Part shown: piece after piece, positions 60,113 to 64,000 of the stretch
Layout of the letters: each line of letters starts with the position of its first letter
Position numbering within the stretch: position 1 is the first letter of the stretch
Assembly: GCA_963760795.1 (NCBI GenBank)
Contig: CAVXEP010000022.1
Location: 32,001 to 96,000 of the forward strand
DNA: 64,000 nucleotides
Reading direction: 5' to 3'
DNA from: an uncultured delta proteobacterium
GTDB lineage: Bacteria > Desulfobacterota > Binatia > UBA9968
Translations under genes and position numbers: made by a program
The notes under the pieces: model-generated
The model's input: the letters and a program-made list of their open reading frames with translations, nothing else
Told to the model about the DNA's origin: nothing
Databases searched by the model: none

Positions 60113-62324
60113 ATGCTGCAACACAAGCGAAAAATTTCATATCGTTTTGATCAAGCCATCCAAGTACGACGATGACGGCTACCTGATTCGTTTTTGGAAA
60201 GGCGTGTTGCCGAGCAATACGCTCAACGTCCTGCATGGCTTGACCGAGGATATCAAAGAGCGCCGTGTGTTCGGCAAGCTCGACATCGAAGTGACCACCT
60301 TCGATGAAACCGCCGAGAAAGTTCCGGTGGGCAAAATCATCCGCTGGAGTAAAGCGCCCGGCACCAAACTACTGGTGTGCATGGTCGGCGTGCAAACCAA
60401 TCAATTTCCCCGCGCTGTCGACATGGCGCGGCTCTTTCGCGGCGAAAAAATCACGGTGATCATGGGCGGCTTCCACACCAGCGGCACCATCAACATGCTG
60501 AGCGACCAGGAGCCGGATATCCAGGAACTTTTTCGTGAAGGCATCTGCGTCGTGTCCGGCGAAGTCGAAGGCAAATGGGAAGGCATTCTCGCGGATTATC
60601 TGCACGGGCAGCTAAAGCCGCTGTATAGCTTCGCCCAGGATCTGCAAAATTTGGTCGACATTGGCGAGGCGCCGCTGCCGCGAACCAGCGCGAAAACCAT
60701 GCGCCATTTCGCCTACCCGAGTTTCGCCACCGCCGACACTTCGCGCGGCTGCCCGTTCTCTTGCAGCTTCTGCACCATCATCAACGTCCAGGGACGCAAG
60801 ATGCGCGAGCGCAGCCCGGCGAGCATCGCGGCAATGATGCGGCGCAATCTTGCGAACGGCCTATCTTTTTATTTTTTCACCGACGACAACTTCGCCCGTA
60901 AAAAACTCTGGCGCGAGACCTTTGAAGAAATCATCAAGTTGCGCGATGAGGGACTCGACATCACCTTCATGATGCAGGTCGATCTGGCCCGCAAGCCGAA
61001 AGACTTCGTCACGCTGGCCGCCAAAGCCGGTTGCACTCAGGTCTTCATCGGCATGGAAAGCGTCAACCCGCAAAACCTGGCGGCCGAAGGCAAGAAGCAA
61101 AATAAAGTCGACGAATACCGCGCCATCATCAAGGAATGGCATGACGCCGGCGTTTTAGTGCATGCCGGTTACATCATCGGCCTGCCGTGGGATTCCAAGG
61201 AGCAGGTCGCCGAGGACATGCGTTTTCTTAAGGACGAAGTCGAACCGGATCAGGCGTCGTTCTTTATGCTGACGCCTCTGCCCGGCTCCCACGATCACCG
61301 CGAGATGAAAAGGCGTGGAGATTGGATGGACCCGGACTTCAACAAGCGCGATTCGTTCCACGCAACCATCAAGCATCCGCTCATGACCGCGGAGGAATGG
61401 ACCGAGGCCTACGAAGACGCTTGGAAAACCTTTTACAGCAAAGAGAACATGATCAAGGCTCTGTCCAAGTGGACCGACAATCCGAAAAACTACTGGAACC
61501 TGATGGCGATCTTCTTCTGGTACAAGAACGCGGCTTTGATCGAGAAGCAGCACCCCATGGTCGCCGGCTTCTTCCGCTTGAAAGATCGTAAAGTCCGCCG
61601 GCCCGGCTACGCCGTCGACTCGCTCCCGGTGCATCTGTGGAAACGCGCCAAAGAAAACACGGCTCTACTGATCACTTGGGCAAAATTCGTCAAGGAGATG
61701 GAAGAGGTCTGGCTGCAAACCCGCAACAAAAGCGAAACCGAAGAGCGTTGGTTGGAACAAATCCAAAGAACTCAGTCTGACATCTGGCGAGCATTACGCA
61801 TTGGCGAGATTCAGAATATTTATAACAACGCCAAAGATACCTTGCCGGAACGGGTGAGAGTTCTGTTAGCGCCGCTCGACGACCTATCGTCTCGAATTCT
61901 TTACAGCCGGCGCGATCTCAACCGCTTTTTAAAGCAATGGGAGCAACTGCGCCAAAGCATACAGGATCTCCGGCTGGGAGAATCGGAAACCGCGCGCAAA
62001 TGGCTCGACGAGATGCAGCAGATTCAGACCAGCATTCGCTTTAGCGACCGCATCAGTGAATGGCAGGAAAGTTACCAACGCCTGCGCAATTCGCTGCCTT
62101 CGAAGGCGCAACTGAGCCTGATCCAGTACGACGCCATCAATGACCGGGTGGTCTATTCGCGCCAGCAACTTCAGCGCATTTGGAGCGAGAGCGTGAACAA
62201 TTTCAAAGCCCACAAGCTTTGGGCGCTCCGGCCGTTGCAGCTCACCCGGGCGGCGATACACGATTTGTTCCTGACCCGCTCCTTCGCGGCAACCTTCAAA
62301 GAGTTTTCTAAATTGGGAGCGTAA
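60113..62324 (+). CDS. Cobalamin-binding-domain radical SAM protein with a duplicated C-terminal helical extension
   Basis: 'MGGFH', 'GEVEG', 'SRGCPFSCSFC', 'FTDDNF', 'FIGMES', 'IIGLP.D'. RBS GGGAGG and ATG 60113 join the main frame if one A is removed from the AAAAA run at ~60130. Confidence 0.88.
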
Positions 62325-62363
62325 ACAGCTTCGCCGGAGCAAGTACTCAACCCGCCCGCCGGG

Positions 62364-63198
62364 TTAGTGAATTAGCACGGAGTGCTTCGCTAGATCCGCC
62401 AATTGGTCGCGAATCGCCCCGGCGTCTCGCGCATCCGGCGCCAGCCGCAGATAAGTTTCGAAGTCATCTTTCGCCTGGCCATAGCACTCAAGCCGCAAAT
62501 ACACCGCCCCACGATCGCGCACTTCTTCCACCGCATCGGGATCTAGGATAATCAGACGGTCGAGCACAGCGAGCATTTTGACCAGCTCATCGCCGCGGCC
62601 ATAGATCGCCTTGAGATTTCCGAGCATGCGTAGGAGAATCTGCTTCTTGGTCACTGGGGCGAGGAATTCGCGGCGCAAGCCGACTTTGCCGCCGTACATT
62701 TCCCGCAACATTTGGTCCAGATCTTTAGGTGATTTGATTTCGCCGCCGTTGAATGGGTCGATGACGATCTCGTTGCTCATCGATGGCAGTCTTCACCAGG
62801 AAGTGGCCGGGAAAGCCGACGCCGTTGAAGTTAAGGCCGATGCGCTGCGCTACCTCCATATAGAGAACCGACAAGGTGATGGGAATGCCGGTCTTACGTT
62901 CTATCACCCGATTGAGAAAACTATTTTCCGCATCGTAATAGGCATCGCGATTGCCGCGAAAGCCCTGCTCGTTGAACAGAACATAATTGAGCGCGGCGAT
63001 TGAACGAAACATATCCGCCCCAGCACCGCACCTTTGACCGACCGCGACGGCCAATTCATCGATGCGCCGGAGATAACTTGAGATGTCGAGATCGGGATAG
63101 TCGGCAAGGGCGATGGTCAGCGCGGCGCGGCCAAGGTCAATGGTTTCTTCCGGCCGTTCGACCGCCTGACGAAATTCTCGGTAAGGATCGGTAGCCAA
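62364..63198 (-). CDS. SirB1/transglutaminase-like core + TPR protein (frameshift near 62780)
   Basis: 'GFRGN..AYYD.ENSFLN.V.ERKTGIPITLS..Y', 'FPGHFL', 'IDPFNGG', 'IL.RMLGNLK', 'EVRDRG'. Confidence 0.85.
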
Positions 63199-63232
63199 TG
63201 TGCGAGTTATTACAGATTTACTCGAAGAAATC

Positions 63233-63306
63233 TCACCGCAGAGACATAGAGTACACAGAGAAAGAATTCTCTCAAAACTCTGCGACCTCAGCGCCTCTGC
63301 GGTGAA
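63233..63306. repeat. Palindrome with 9-nt periodic arms (CACCGCAGAG variant)
   Basis: TCACCGCAGAGACATAGAG ... CTCAGCGCCTCTGCGGTGA. Confidence 0.7.
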
Positions 63307-63335
63307 TCGTGTCGTGACTTTTCCCGTCAACTTCT

Positions 63336-64000
63336 CTAGCGCGGTTCGGCGATGACATCGACCAAGTACGGCAGCTGCTTCTCTTTGACGTATTTGACGC
63401 CGCGCTCGATGGCCGGCCGGAGATCCGCCGGGTTGCGCACCGGGCCTTCGCTGTTGACGCCAAAGGATTTCGCCATCATGGCGAAGTCGATGGCCGGGTC
63501 GTCAACATGAGTGCCGATCGGCGCGTTCTCCACCGGCCGTTTACGAAACTTAGCGACTTCGATGCCGTGCTCTTCGGAATTATAGTAGGACTGGTTGTTG
63601 TGCATGATCATGAGCAGCGGAATGCGGTGTTTCGCCGCCGTCCAGATCGCGCTCGAAGTCATCAACATGTCGCCGTCGGATTGAATCGCCACGGCGAGCT
63701 TGCCGCTGCCCTTGAGTGCCAGAGCCGCGCCGATCGCCGCGCCTGGCCCATAGCCCAAGCCTGCGCCGCCGCTGCCGCCGAGGGATTGATTCGGCTTGCT
63801 TAAGTCCCATAGCCGGCGCGTCCAACCGTTCGAAGTGCCGTTGACGCAAACCCAGTCTTCGCGCTTGATCGCTTCGCCGATCTCCAGCGCCAACCACGCT
63901 GTCGAGATGTCTTTCTGCGAGCCTTTCGCCTGGGCGTCGCTCAGCCATTTGGCGCGGCGGCTCTTGTGCTTTTCCGACAGTTCTTTTTGGCGCGCTTCGA
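63336..64000 (-). CDS. Thiamine pyrophosphate-binding enzyme, C-terminal part (truncated by the window edge)
   Basis: 'GLGYGPGAAIGAALA', TPP motif 'SDGD...HNNQSY', 'IDFAMMAKSFG'. Confidence 0.88.
   Translation of the reverse strand, partial: EARQKELSEKHKSRRAKWLSDAQAKGSQKDISTAWLALEIGEAIKREDWVCVNGTSNGWTRRLWDLSKPNQSLGGSGGAGLGYGPGAAIGAALALKGSGKLAVAIQSDGDMLMTSSAIWTAAKHRIPLLMIMHNNQSYYNSEEHGIEVAKFRKRPVENAPIGTHVDDPAIDFAMMAKSFGVNSEGPVRNPADLRPAIERGVKYVKEKQLPYLVDVIAEPR

Overview
A GC-rich bacterial window. The gene content (many unlinked NMT1/TctC substrate-binding proteins, amidohydrolases, cupins, and a deltaproteobacterial-type rpsU-yqeY-cvpA-dnaG-rpoD-tRNA-Ile2 block) resembles Candidatus Binatia/Deltaproteobacteria; this assignment is inference. 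Layout: (1) 0-23 kb is a catabolic or scavenging region with seven substrate-binding proteins and no permease or ATPase, plus hydrolases, a VOC protein, MmgE/PrpD, a GH13 alpha-glucosidase and a stand-alone A-PCP NRPS-like gene. (2) 23-29.7 kb is a partly decayed accessory stress block beside tRNA-Ile2 (otsB, pal, lipoprotein, truncated PAS kinase, DUF4168, SRAP, two sigma54-type promoters). (3) 29.7-39.6 kb and 53.3-64 kb are core genes. (4) The highlight is a ~13.6 kb light/UV-response island (39.7-53.3 kb) between xseB and ispA. It carries crtE-crtI-crtB, a ketosynthase with a KS-alpha-like active-site motif, cruF, cruG, an acyltransferase, a class II photolyase, a DUF523-DUF1722 (RudS/YbgA-type) desulfidase, SRPBCC and a TIGR01777 protein. 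It also carries an atypical cobalamin-binding regulator with a C-terminal XRE helix-turn-helix instead of CarH's N-terminal MerR domain, and a degenerate upper-ligand motif (W-C-x8-Q-K rather than W-H-x8-E-H). About 14 apparent single-base frameshifts, including in dnaG and ftsX, suggest sequencing or assembly indels. All assignments come from motif recognition only; no database searches were run.
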